A DNA stretch of 25,178 nt from a virus (IMGVR_UViG_3300005764_000080:1-25178), one strand, 5' to 3'; counted from the first letter of the stretch, positions 1 through 9,254 are shown. A program made the numbers and translations. Notes: a model not told the origin generated them from the sequence alone.

Positions 1-91
1 GGCGCGGAGAGCACCCGGATTTCAGCTTGACAATGACCATCGCAAAAATGACGTTCGCCGCGCAATAACCTGCGCAGGAAATTCCGCTGGA

Positions 92-117
92 CAGTTATAT
101 CGTTTTCAATATAACTG
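92..117 (-). promoter_or_regulatory. Palindromic junction motif, variant B, copy 1 (CAGTTATATCGTTTTCAATATAACTG on +)
   Basis: Identical to 15830-15855 and the reverse complement of 18408-18433; ends 9 nt before the terS ATG. The regulatory role is inferred. Confidence 0.8.
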
Positions 118-126
118 CCGTTCACT

Positions 127-735
127 ATGGCGATCAAAGCGGTAACACTGGACACGTCACAACTGGCAAAGCTACTGGACATCACACCGCAGCATGTGCG
201 CCGACTGGCAGGCGAAGGCATCCTTGAACGGGCACGCGATGAGACGGGCGAACTGTTGCAGGGCCGCTGGGAGATGATCAAAAACAATCACGCTTACATT
301 CACTATCTGAAAAGTCAGGCCCGATGGGACGATAGCAGTGAGACTAAGCGGGCCACGCTGACCAACCGCAAAATTGGCGCTGAAGCAGAGCTAGCGGAGC
401 TCCGGCTCATGCAATTCAAGGGCAAACTGTTCCCGTGGTCGGACGTGGCGTTCTTCATCGGCAGCATGCTGACGCGCTTCAAGGCCCGCATGCAGTCCAT
501 CCCGCAACGAGTGGCAAAGCAGTTGCGCGGGCAGACCGATGAGAAGATCATTCGTAGGGTCATAGGCGACGAGATCGATCGTGGCTTGAAGGAATTGAGC
601 ATGCCGACACCGGACGATCTGCGACGCCAGAGCGAGGAATTACTGGCCACTGAAGGTGCCGATGAAGCAGCATTGAAAGCCAGCGCCAATGGCAGCGAAG
701 AAGAAAGCGACGACACGCCCGACGCTGACGCGTGA
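127..735 (+). CDS. Terminase small subunit (Nu1-like)
   Basis: N-terminal HTH-like segment (QLAKLLDITPQHVRRLAGEGIL) followed by a helical/coiled region; lies directly upstream of and overlaps a GpA-type terL. Confidence 0.85.
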   Translation: MAIKAVTLDTSQLAKLLDITPQHVRRLAGEGILERARDETGELLQGRWEMIKNNHAYIHYLKSQARWDDSSETKRATLTNRKIGAEAELAELRLMQFKGKLFPWSDVAFFIGSMLTRFKARMQSIPQRVAKQLRGQTDEKIIRRVIGDEIDRGLKELSMPTPDDLRRQSEELLATEGADEAALKASANGSEEESDDTPDADA

Positions 736-2659
736 GCAGATCATCGAGCGTCGCAGGCAGCACTATCGCTCGATGGCGCAGCTGAACACGCTGCTCATCG
801 CCGTCCGGCCCGCACGCAAAATCACGCTCACCCAGTGGGCGGACCGCTATCGCATCCTCTCGAGTGAGAGTTCGGCCGAGCCCGGCCAGTGGCTTACGTC
901 CAAAGCGCCATACGAGCGCGATATAATGAACGCTATCAGTGACCCCGAGACACCGCGAGTCGTTGTTCAAAAGGCGTCACAAGTGGGCATCACTGATAGC
1001 GCCATCCTTAACCCATGCGGCTACTTCATCACCGAAGACCCATGCCCCATCCTCATCGTGCAGCCCACCATCGAGCTCGCGGAAGCGTTCTCCACCGATC
1101 GCCTGTCGCCCATGTTGCGCGACAGTCCGCGCCTGAAAGGACGCGTGGGCGATCCGCGCTCGCGCGACAGCGCCAATACCATGAGGCGCAAGGCATTCAA
1201 AGGCGGCTACATCGCACTAGGCGGTGCCAATAGCGCGGCCAGCTTGAGCGGACGCCCGGTGCGCGTGGCGCTACTGGACGAGGTGGACCGCTACCCGGCC
1301 AGCGCGGGCACGGAAGGCAACCCCATCCAGCTTGCCATAGCCAGGACTAGTGCATTTTGGAATCGCAAGGCTGTCATAGTGAGTTCGCCGGGAACGAAGG
1401 GTGTCAGCCATATCGAGCGAGAGATGGAGCAATCCACGTGCGAGCACTGGTATCTGCCATGTCCCGCCCGCAAGTGCGCCTTCATGCAGGAGCTCGACTG
1501 GGATCGCGTGCGGTTCAGCGACCGCACCCATCGTTGCCTGCAATGCAACGAACACTTTCCCAAGTGGAAATGGCTGCAAGGCGAAGGCGAGTGGCGGGCG
1601 CATCGCCCATATGACGAGCGCGGGCGCAAGGTGACCACGCGCGGATTTTACATCAGCGGGCTCTACAACCCGTGGATCGAATGGGACATCTTCATTGACG
1701 AGTTCGTGCAGGCGGTGCGCGCCTACGAGGAGGGCGACGTGGAGCCACTGAAAGCGTTCCGCAACACGCGCCTAGGGCAACTGTGGGAGGACCGGGGCGA
1801 GAAAGTCGATATCGACCTCTACAAGCATCGCCGGGAGCCATACAGCGCGGAGGTGCCCGATGGCGCGTTACTCCTGACCGCAGGCGTGGACGTGGGCGAC
1901 TATGGCGTCAACTATGAAGTCATCGGCTGGGGCAAGGGCCGCGAAAGCTGGGGCATCGAGTATGGGATCATCGATGGCGATCCGCGCGATCGCGACGTGT
2001 GGCTGGCACTGGACGAGCTCGTGTTCTTTCGCGCGTTCGCCGCGAGCGACGGGAAGTTTATGCGCGTGCGCAAGATGGCCGTCGATAGCGGGCACGCTGC
2101 CGACTACGTTTACGCCTACACCAAACAGCGCCAGCCACGCGCCATCGCAGTCAAAGGCGAAGGCGGCATAGGCAAGCCACTGATCAAAGGCGCTGGCACT
2201 CTCACCAAGGGCAACCGGGCGCGACTGCAAATCCTCGGTGTCGATAGCGGGAAGGAGGAAATCGTCAATCGGCTGCTGGTGGGCAAGGTCGGGCCGGGCT
2301 ACTGCCACTTTCCCAAGCTGATGAACGGGGAGGCCTGTCGCGGCTACGACGAGGAGTATTTCAAGGGTCTGACCGCCGAGCGCCGTGTAGTGAAAGCCAA
2401 GAACGGTTTCCGCACCTACATCTGGACAAAAAGGCTGAGCCAGCGCAATGAACCGTTCGACTGCCGCAACTATGGACTGGCTGCGCTGGCCATGATGACC
2501 TTCATCAAGCTCGATGAGATCAAGCGCGACCTATGGACGCCACAGGATACTAAAGCCGAGGGCGAGCGACCGTTCGGTGCCCGGAAGATGGTGGTCGCGT
2601 CTGACGCACGACAGCCTCCACGAGGGCGTTTCGGCGCTCAGAACCGTCCGCTCTCGTGA
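689..2659 (+). CDS. Terminase large subunit, lambda GpA family
   Basis: 656 aa; Walker A-like VVQKASQVGIT, Walker B VALLDEVD, Cys pairs (CPARKC, CLQC), nuclease motifs AGVDVG, AVDSG and NEPFDC. Confidence 0.96.
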   Translation: MAAKKKATTRPTLTREQIIERRRQHYRSMAQLNTLLIAVRPARKITLTQWADRYRILSSESSAEPGQWLTSKAPYERDIMNAISDPETPRVVVQKASQVGITDSAILNPCGYFITEDPCPILIVQPTIELAEAFSTDRLSPMLRDSPRLKGRVGDPRSRDSANTMRRKAFKGGYIALGGANSAASLSGRPVRVALLDEVDRYPASAGTEGNPIQLAIARTSAFWNRKAVIVSSPGTKGVSHIEREMEQSTCEHWYLPCPARKCAFMQELDWDRVRFSDRTHRCLQCNEHFPKWKWLQGEGEWRAHRPYDERGRKVTTRGFYISGLYNPWIEWDIFIDEFVQAVRAYEEGDVEPLKAFRNTRLGQLWEDRGEKVDIDLYKHRREPYSAEVPDGALLLTAGVDVGDYGVNYEVIGWGKGRESWGIEYGIIDGDPRDRDVWLALDELVFFRAFAASDGKFMRVRKMAVDSGHAADYVYAYTKQRQPRAIAVKGEGGIGKPLIKGAGTLTKGNRARLQILGVDSGKEEIVNRLLVGKVGPGYCHFPKLMNGEACRGYDEEYFKGLTAERRVVKAKNGFRTYIWTKRLSQRNEPFDCRNYGLAALAMMTFIKLDEIKRDLWTPQDTKAEGERPFGARKMVVASDARQPPRGRFGAQNRPLS

Positions 2660-2858
2660 CCTGTTCATAGGCCCAACTACATATGACGTTGGCGGCCACG
2701 CGTGTGCGATAGACGTTCGTGCGCGTTTCAGCTGCCACCAGCTGCTCATAGGCCTCGCGCGGGATCATGCACTCCACGCGCACGTTGTTTAAGCGCGGAC
2801 GCCCACGGCTGCGCCCGCTGGATAGCGCTTCGCTGACACGTTGCTGTAGTGATTGCAT
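2550..2858 (-). CDS. Putative ribbon-helix-helix DNA-binding protein with an RGRPR (AT-hook-like) motif
   Basis: RSRGRPRL, then a strand (NVRVECMIP), helix (REAYEQLVAAETRT) and helix (YRTRVAANVICSWAYEQ), judged by eye. Fills the otherwise empty gap 2660-2968; its 3' end overlaps terL. Confidence 0.6.
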   Translation of the reverse strand: MQSLQQRVSEALSSGRSRGRPRLNNVRVECMIPREAYEQLVAAETRTNVYRTRVAANVICSWAYEQVTRADGSERRNALVEAVVRQTRPPSSGHRTVARPRL

Positions 2859-2968
2859 AACTGCCTACGAAGTAGGTCGAAACCCCATGGGAAGTCAAGG
2901 AATTTCCTGAGTATTTTATTCCACAGGCTTGACGCCGACATTTGCACTAGGCGTAACCTCCGCGCCGA

Positions 2969-3265
2969 ATGGGACAGCCAGTCACAGTTGTTACTCCACC
3001 TGAGGAGGTCGTGCTTGAGCCGCTAACTTGTCCATGGGCCAAGGATGGCCTCCAAAAGGCACTCAACGGCATGGTGGGCGCGTCGGCGGGCGTGCACAGT
3101 TACGGCATAGGCAGCCGCCACGTGCGTTTCAAGGACGCTGCCGAGCAAGCCAAGAGCGTGGACTACTGGATGAAGATGGTGGAGTTCTACTGCGGCGCGG
3201 ATGCACTCCCGCCAGCCATAACCGGGCGCGACACCGCCATGCGCGTCATACCGCGCGACCTATGA
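2969..3265 (+). CDS. gpW-like head-tail joining protein
   Basis: Small gene between terL and portal; SYGIGSRHVRF resembles the gpW beta-hairpin. Confidence 0.65.
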   Translation: MGQPVTVVTPPEEVVLEPLTCPWAKDGLQKALNGMVGASAGVHSYGIGSRHVRFKDAAEQAKSVDYWMKMVEFYCGADALPPAITGRDTAMRVIPRDL

Positions 3266-3269
3266 AAAG

Positions 3270-3294
3270 CAGTTATATTGAATTCAATATAAGC
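3270..3294 (+). promoter_or_regulatory. Palindromic junction motif, variant A, copy 2 (CAGTTATATTGAATTCAATATAAGC)
   Basis: Perfect 20-bp palindrome TTATATTGAATTCAATATAA at 3273-3292, between the gpW-like gene and portal. Confidence 0.8.
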
Positions 3295-3305
3295 TGTCAC
3301 GCCCC

Positions 3306-5000
3306 ATGAGAACTGCCACTCTCACCAGTGGCCGCAATGGCCACGATAGATTCGCCAGCGGGCGCATGCCACCGGGCGTGTTGTTAGATCACACGGGCGC
3401 ACCCATCAACGTGCGGAACGCCATCGTGCCCAGCATAGGCTTCGGCACCACTGGCTACGGCCAGTATGGCGCGAGCCTGCACAAGAACGCACTGGCCGGG
3501 TGGCTGTGGCGCGGCAGCGATGCCGATGGCGACATAGGGCTGAACATCCAAATCCTGCGTGAACGCTCGCGCGACGCGTTCATGGGCATTCCGCTGGCCA
3601 CGGGCGCGGTGGAGACCTTGGACACCAACGTCATAGGCACAGGCTTGGAAGCCAATCCGCAGGTGGATGGCGAGTCCCTAGGGCTGACCCCGGATGCTAC
3701 CATGAAGCTCAACAAGGAACTGAAGCTCAAGTTCGGCTGGTGGGCCAACGATCCGCGCGAGTGCGACTATGAAGCCAAGCACACGTTCGGCACCCTTCAA
3801 CACATCGGCTTCCAATCCATGTTGCTCAGCGGCGATTGCCCTGTGCTTTTCCCATTGAAGCCTCGTCCGGGCGTTCTGTTCGACTTGCGAGTGCGCATAC
3901 TCGAGGCCGATCGCATCCGCGACCCCATGCCCTTCGATCCATCGAAGAACATCTTCAACGGCGTGGAGCAGACCGACGATGGCGAGATACAGGCGTATCA
4001 CATTAGCGAGATACACCCGCTGGCGATGCTGCGCTTCCGATGGCAGGGCATCATCGCGCCCGGTCGCACGTTTCGCGTCGAGCCCTATGGCCCGCTGTCA
4101 GGAAGGCGCAACATGGTGCTGTTAATGCGGCCCGAGAGACCGGAACAGCGCCGTGGTGTGCCTATACTGGCCGTGTGCCTAGAGTTGCTCAAACAGATGG
4201 GCCGCTACGTGGACGCCACCGTCCTAGGCGCTGTCATCCAGAGTTACTTCACAGCGTTCATCACATCGGAGTTCCCTGACCCCACCATTTTCGAGTCGTT
4301 GCTCACCGATGAGCAGAAAAAGGAGATTTTCGACTTCAACCCCTACAACGTCCAGCTGGGACCGGGCATAGTGAATTTCATGAGGCCCGGCCATCAGGTC
4401 AATTTCGCCACGCCCACACAGCCGCAATCCACGTTCGGCGATTTCACCATAGCGGTAGCCAAGTTCATAGGCAGCGCCACGGGCGTGCCCTACGAGGTGT
4501 TACTCAAGCAGTATAACAGCAGCTATAGCGCGTCTAGGGCTGCGCTGCTGGACTTTTGGAAGCGGGTGCGCAAGTTTCGCGCTCTCATGGCGGAAGGCAT
4601 GTGCCAGCCTGCCTACGAGGAATGGATGGCCGATGCCATGGCACTCAACGTCATCGAGGGCTTCAAGGGCAACTTCGATGATCCCTACGTGCGGCGTGCC
4701 ATGACGCGCTGCATCTGGACTGGCGCGAGTGCTGGCTCGATCGATCCCGTCAAGGAAGTGGCCGCAGCTGATCAGAAGGTGCGCTGTGGCTTTTCCACCA
4801 TTGAGCGCGAGTCGTCCGAACTCAACGGGAGCGACTATCGCGACAACATTCGCCAAGCGGCAGTCGAGAAACAGGACTTTGAAGACGAAGGCCTCGTCTA
4901 TCCGCCATACCGCCCATTGGCGGGCGCTGGATCGGGCCTGAGCGCAGCCGCACCTCCGGGCTCCACGTCGCCCGGCCAACCCGCAGGAGCACAATCATGA
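3306..5000 (+). CDS. Portal protein, lambda family
   Basis: 564 aa; motifs LRERSRD, RPEQRRGVP, YNSSYSASRAALL and IDPVKEV; position after terminase/gpW. Confidence 0.95.
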   Translation: MRTATLTSGRNGHDRFASGRMPPGVLLDHTGAPINVRNAIVPSIGFGTTGYGQYGASLHKNALAGWLWRGSDADGDIGLNIQILRERSRDAFMGIPLATGAVETLDTNVIGTGLEANPQVDGESLGLTPDATMKLNKELKLKFGWWANDPRECDYEAKHTFGTLQHIGFQSMLLSGDCPVLFPLKPRPGVLFDLRVRILEADRIRDPMPFDPSKNIFNGVEQTDDGEIQAYHISEIHPLAMLRFRWQGIIAPGRTFRVEPYGPLSGRRNMVLLMRPERPEQRRGVPILAVCLELLKQMGRYVDATVLGAVIQSYFTAFITSEFPDPTIFESLLTDEQKKEIFDFNPYNVQLGPGIVNFMRPGHQVNFATPTQPQSTFGDFTIAVAKFIGSATGVPYEVLLKQYNSSYSASRAALLDFWKRVRKFRALMAEGMCQPAYEEWMADAMALNVIEGFKGNFDDPYVRRAMTRCIWTGASAGSIDPVKEVAAADQKVRCGFSTIERESSELNGSDYRDNIRQAAVEKQDFEDEGLVYPPYRPLAGAGSGLSAAAPPGSTSPGQPAGAQS

Positions 5001-6193
5001 ACACCGATTGGTATCGTTTCATAGTGAATCAGGCTGAGCCCGAGCCCGAGAGCGCGGAACTGCTCATCTTCGACGCCATAGGCAACTGGGAGGAGATAGG
5101 CGAGGTGAGCGCGAAAGCATTCTCCAACTCGCTGTCGCAGCTGCCCAAGAGCGTGAAACGCATCGAGCTCCACATAAACTCGCCGGGAGGCTCGCTATTC
5201 GACGCCAGTGCGATCTTCTCGCGTCTCGCCGATCATAGGAGCGAAAAACTTGTTTACCTCGATGGCCTGTGCGCCAGCGCGGCCACGCTTGTCGCGATGG
5301 TGGGGCACAAGATTTACGCGCGAGCGAACTCGACCATGATGATCCATTTGCCATCTGGCCTGTCTGTTGGAAATGCCGACGATATGCGCAAGATGGCGAC
5401 CGCGCTCGATACGATCACGGACTCGATGGTGAACGTGTATGAGCGTCGCACGCGCCAGCCACGCGACGTGATACGCGCGATGCTGGCAGCGGAAACGTGG
5501 ATGTCACCCGAACAGGCGGTAGCCAATGGCTTCGCCGATGAAGTGCGCGGCGTCATCAAGGCCGCAGCCATGGTGGGCGACAAGAAAGCCGTGTTCAACG
5601 GCGTCACTTTCGATCTGTCGAGATTTCACAATGTCCCGGCGTTTAGCGCCACTCAACAACAAACAGAAGGAGAACCTATGGCACAGCCAACACCACAACC
5701 CACGCCGACGCCTGCGCCACCTGCGCCGACGCCGACACCAAACCCGGCACCGCCGCAACCGCCGGAAAATGCCGGGCAACCGCCCGCAGAACAGCCCGTC
5801 CCCGGCACGAGGATTGCCGAGAACGCGTCCGGCGACCCCGGACAAGGTCAACGTCCACCGGATGACCCAAAAACGGCAGGAGCACGAGCGGAGCGTGCCC
5901 GAATCACGGCACTCATGAAGCTCGACAGGCCAGCCACCCATGAGATCGTCAACAAGGCCATCGAAGACGGTCGCACCGCTGGCGACATTGCAGCGGAATG
6001 CATGGAGGCCATGGACAAGGTGCGTGGCCAAGATCGACGTCGCGCAGACGCGCGAGTTCTGGATGGTATTCCGGGCTCGGATGCGACGCCATCGGGCGAC
6101 GGTGGCACCGACTTCGGCGAGCGACTGAAGACTGCGGTCACCAACAAGCTCAAACATCGCAATCGCTCTGCGATCCTCAACGGTCGTAACTAA
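4997..6193 (+). CDS. ClpP-type head maturation protease with C-terminal scaffold region
   Basis: LHINSPGGS, DGLCASAAT (catalytic Ser), MMIH and ETWMSPEQAVANGFAD; then a Pro-rich linker and helical ERARITAL region. Confidence 0.93.
   Translation: MNTDWYRFIVNQAEPEPESAELLIFDAIGNWEEIGEVSAKAFSNSLSQLPKSVKRIELHINSPGGSLFDASAIFSRLADHRSEKLVYLDGLCASAATLVAMVGHKIYARANSTMMIHLPSGLSVGNADDMRKMATALDTITDSMVNVYERRTRQPRDVIRAMLAAETWMSPEQAVANGFADEVRGVIKAAAMVGDKKAVFNGVTFDLSRFHNVPAFSATQQQTEGEPMAQPTPQPTPTPAPPAPTPTPNPAPPQPPENAGQPPAEQPVPGTRIAENASGDPGQGQRPPDDPKTAGARAERARITALMKLDRPATHEIVNKAIEDGRTAGDIAAECMEAMDKVRGQDRRRADARVLDGIPGSDATPSGDGGTDFGERLKTAVTNKLKHRNRSAILNGRN
5678..6193 (+). CDS. Probable nested in-frame scaffolding protein (lambda Nu3-like), 171 aa
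   Basis: GAAGGAGA SD at 5666-5673, then CCT-ATG in frame at the end of the protease domain (MAQPTPQPTP...). Confidence 0.65.
   Translation: MAQPTPQPTPTPAPPAPTPTPNPAPPQPPENAGQPPAEQPVPGTRIAENASGDPGQGQRPPDDPKTAGARAERARITALMKLDRPATHEIVNKAIEDGRTAGDIAAECMEAMDKVRGQDRRRADARVLDGIPGSDATPSGDGGTDFGERLKTAVTNKLKHRNRSAILNGRN
5784..5910. repeat. Inverted-repeat (MITE/REP-like) element, copy 1, in frame within the protease/scaffold linker
   Basis: 5784-5819 is the reverse complement of 16180-16214 apart from one extra T. The right arm is degenerate and the end is approximate. Confidence 0.7.
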
Positions 6194-6225
6194 CCTCAAC
6201 CCATAGAGAAAGGACACAACCAACC

Positions 6226-6630
6226 ATGGCAATCAAAGACTCAGTCAACTTCGCCAACATCCAGTCGTTCGATAGCGAGGACTGGTTTGTCAGGCGTTAC
6301 CCATACACGGACGCTGGCGCACTCACAGTGGCGGTGGCGAAGATCGGCCACCTCGTGAAGTTCGACGCCACGCGCTCGGCAGTTCTGGGCGCAGTAGCGG
6401 CGGACGACGCGGCGCTGGAAGGCATCATCGTCGATCTGCCCGACAACACCGAGGTCCCATCGGGTGCCAACAAAAAGACGGTCGCCGTCGCACTCAATGG
6501 GTCGTTCGACAAGACCACGGTCATGTATTCGGACAACACGCAGCCCATCTCAGCGGCTGGGCTGGCGCGTCTGCGCGACATGAACATCTTCCTCGATCCA
6601 GCCACACCAGCTGGGCCGTTCGCACCCTAA
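6226..6630 (+). CDS. Head decoration protein (gpD-like)
   Basis: 134 aa directly upstream of the major capsid gene; C-terminal LARLRDMNIFL pattern; GAAAGGA SD. Confidence 0.8.
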   Translation: MAIKDSVNFANIQSFDSEDWFVRRYPYTDAGALTVAVAKIGHLVKFDATRSAVLGAVAADDAALEGIIVDLPDNTEVPSGANKKTVAVALNGSFDKTTVMYSDNTQPISAAGLARLRDMNIFLDPATPAGPFAP

Positions 6631-6663
6631 CCGCAACCCACCAATCGAAAGGACACTACCAAC

Positions 6664-8106
6664 ATGGCTAACATGAATCCCAACTACGAGCCTCGCACGC
6701 TGCTCGCTCCATTCGAGCAAGGCCCGCTCGTTCACACGTTCCTGCGCGACACGTTCTTCAGTGCGCGGGAGTATCCACCGACGAACCTAGTGGAGTTCGA
6801 CTTCCGTCGAGGTCGCCGGAAAATGGCTCCATTCGTGGCACCGCTGGTGGGCGGCAAAATCATGGAGCGTCAAGGCTTCGAGACTCGCTTCTATCGGGCA
6901 CCACGCATCGCGCCTGTGCGCGCACTGCGCATCCCCGATCTGGAGGCGCGTCTGCCCGGAGAGACGATCTATCAGGGGCGCACCGCAGCCGATCGCGCGG
7001 CGGACCTGCTCGCAGAGGATGCGATCTACCTCGATGAGGCCATCACCCGTCGCGAGGAATGGATGTGCCGTTCACTGTTGATCAATGGTGGGATCACAGT
7101 GACAGCCGACAACGGCTACACCAACGTCATCAACTACATGGAGTCGAGTCAGGGCGCACCCAACAACCACTTCGTGCCCACTATCAAGTGGGACCAGACG
7201 AACAGCGATCCGCTGGCTGACTTGGAAGCTGCCCGCCTAGCGGTCATCCGCGATAGCGGCATCAGCCCGAACATAGTGTTGTTTGGAGCGACGGCCAAGA
7301 CGGCGTTCCTCAACAACGCCAATGTAGCGAAGTTCCTCGATTCCATCCGGTTCCAGATCGCCACCATCAAGCCCGTCATCCAAGACGAGGCGGTGGTCAT
7401 CTTCGGCCAGCAAGCGGGCCTGCAATACTACTCCTATGCGGAGTATTTTGAAGACGATGCAGGCACACTCTACCCGATGCTCCCGCCAGAGCTCGTGCTA
7501 CTGGCGAGCACTAACACGCCCAACAAGATCGTGTATGGCGCATACACCCAGCTGGAGGACGCGAAGGCCCAACGCTTCGTGACCTACCAGTCGAGCCGCA
7601 TCCCGTTCGTCTATGGCGAGGAGGATGACGGTCAGCTGTTCTATCGGCTCACCTCGTGCCCGCTCCCAATGCCCGTGGACGTGCTCGGGTGGCGGATCGT
7701 GGAAGCGATCACAGGCGCCAGCTATCCGTTCCCGACACCGGGCTCCAGTGGGGCGCAGTTTGAGCAGCCCTACTTCGCGCCTGACAAGGTCACAGAGCAG
7801 GGCGTCGAAGGCGGGAAAGAGCCCGAAGGCAAGGAAGGCATCGACTTCGTGCCCGGCCCATCGACCGTGAAAGGCGAGGAGGCCCGCAAGAAAGCCATCG
7901 AGGCTCAGACCAAGCCGCAGAAGTCCACCGTCGATGGGACCACAGCCGAGGAGGAAGCCAATGGCGACGATTTGGAAAGCAAGACGGTCGCCGAGTTGAA
8001 GGAGATCGCGGCAGACGAGGGCGTTGACCTCGAAGGTGCACATCGCAAGGATGACATCATCGCGGCCATCGAAGCCCACCGCGAAGAGGAACAGGGCAAT
8101 AGCTAG
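6664..8106 (+). CDS. Major capsid protein (lambda E family) with an extra C-terminal Rho-N/HeH-like domain
   Basis: FLRDTFF, MAPFVAP, ITRREEWMC and KW..SDPLADL motifs; about 130-aa extension ending DDLESKTVAELKEIAADEGVDLEGAHRKDDIIAAIE. Confidence 0.93.
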   Translation: MANMNPNYEPRTLLAPFEQGPLVHTFLRDTFFSAREYPPTNLVEFDFRRGRRKMAPFVAPLVGGKIMERQGFETRFYRAPRIAPVRALRIPDLEARLPGETIYQGRTAADRAADLLAEDAIYLDEAITRREEWMCRSLLINGGITVTADNGYTNVINYMESSQGAPNNHFVPTIKWDQTNSDPLADLEAARLAVIRDSGISPNIVLFGATAKTAFLNNANVAKFLDSIRFQIATIKPVIQDEAVVIFGQQAGLQYYSYAEYFEDDAGTLYPMLPPELVLLASTNTPNKIVYGAYTQLEDAKAQRFVTYQSSRIPFVYGEEDDGQLFYRLTSCPLPMPVDVLGWRIVEAITGASYPFPTPGSSGAQFEQPYFAPDKVTEQGVEGGKEPEGKEGIDFVPGPSTVKGEEARKKAIEAQTKPQKSTVDGTTAEEEANGDDLESKTVAELKEIAADEGVDLEGAHRKDDIIAAIEAHREEEQGNS

Positions 8107-8114
8107 GAGAAGTC

Positions 8115-8139
8115 GCTTATATTGAATTCAATATAACTG
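8115..8139 (-). promoter_or_regulatory. Palindromic junction motif, variant A, copy 3 (inverted)
   Basis: GCTTATATTGAATTCAATATAACTG is the exact reverse complement of 3270-3294; 9 nt before ATG 8149. Confidence 0.8.
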
Positions 8140-8148
8140 CTTTCACCT

Positions 8149-8307
8149 ATGGGATTGCTCACCATCATCTACTGGATCTTGCTGGTGTTGATCTTGATCG
8201 GCGCGTTCGCGCATCCGACTTGGACATGGGCTCCGCGTATGTCCGAGTTGGTCATCGTGGCGCTGTTCATCATCATCGGCCTCAAGATTCTTAAGCCGAC
8301 TTGGTAA
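8149..8307 (+). CDS. Small two-TM membrane protein, 52 aa (not in the ORF track)
   Basis: Hand translation MGLLTIIYWILLVLILIGAFAHPTWTWAPRMSELVIVALFIIIGLKILKPTW*; fills the gap between capsid and the next gene; CCT-ATG start context as in other genes. Confidence 0.8.
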   Translation: MGLLTIIYWILLVLILIGAFAHPTWTWAPRMSELVIVALFIIIGLKILKPTW

Positions 8308-8313
8308 CTGCCT

Positions 8314-8682
8314 ATGAGTTTGCGTGACCAGTTCGTCCCCGATATCGACAACATCTTCATGAACACGGGCGAGTTCGCCACCATGAGGGAGTTTCGGATC
8401 GGGGATGGACAGGGCGGCTTCACAGTATTCACCGCGCCCGTAGTCTGGGACAAAGACGCCGTGCGCCAACAACCGCTGGTCACTGTCCATGGAGTGTTTA
8501 TGGGCGATGTTCGCTGCTACATCGCGCATAAGTATCTGCCACGTGCCCCGGTGGCGGGTGAGATCATATACTCGCCCGCCAATCAACCGTGGGAGGTGCT
8601 CGATTGCACCGACGCGGAGAGCCTCTACGAGCTCTCGCTTGCGGCTGCGCGAAGTCAGCCCACCATGTATGGGAGGAATTAA
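8314..8682 (+). CDS. Head-tail joining/closure protein (Gifsy-2/FII-like)
   Basis: MSLRDQFVPDIDNIFMNTGEFA N-terminus is typical of this small beta-rich family; position after capsid. Confidence 0.65.
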   Translation: MSLRDQFVPDIDNIFMNTGEFATMREFRIGDGQGGFTVFTAPVVWDKDAVRQQPLVTVHGVFMGDVRCYIAHKYLPRAPVAGEIIYSPANQPWEVLDCTDAESLYELSLAAARSQPTMYGRN

Positions 8683-8684
8683 CC

Positions 8685-9254
8685 GTGCCAGTGGACGTCA
8701 ACATCGACCCCAAGGACTTGAAGTTCCTAGAGCACGTCCTCAAAAACGTGAAGGATGGCGTCCCGCGCGTGCTAGCGCCAGCTATTAATCGCGCACTGGA
8801 GAGTGGGCGCACGGTGGTCAAGCGCGAGATACGGCAACACTATGTAATCAAGGCCAAGGATATCCCGGTCAAAATCCAGAGGGCCACGCGTAGCAATCCG
8901 CAGGGCGCGATGGTGTTGGCCGATAAGATGCTCGACCTAGGCAAGTTCAATGTCTCGCCCAGTCGCCTGCTCAAACGCAAGCGCACCATACGCGCACAGG
9001 TGAAGGTGGGCGGTGGCGGCCCGCTGCCGGGCGCATTCCATACGCCACTCACCTATCCCGGCCCATACGTGCGCAAGGGACGCTCGCGCCTGCCCATCGT
9101 GAAGCTGCTGGCGATCAGTGCACCCATCATGGCGTCACAACCCAGCGTAGGCCCGGCAGTGGAGAAGGCCATGGGTGACACACTGGAAAAGCGCATTGAC
9201 CACGAGCTCGAGCGCGTGTTACATGGCGCAGGCGGAAAGATAACGAGCCCATGA
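8685..9254 (+). CDS. Minor tail protein Z-like (neck/tail completion)
   Basis: Basic protein, AINRAL...LEKRIDHELERVL. GTG 8685 after GGGAGGA is preferred over the track start at 8589. Confidence 0.75.
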   Translation: MPVDVNIDPKDLKFLEHVLKNVKDGVPRVLAPAINRALESGRTVVKREIRQHYVIKAKDIPVKIQRATRSNPQGAMVLADKMLDLGKFNVSPSRLLKRKRTIRAQVKVGGGGPLPGAFHTPLTYPGPYVRKGRSRLPIVKLLAISAPIMASQPSVGPAVEKAMGDTLEKRIDHELERVLHGAGGKITSP

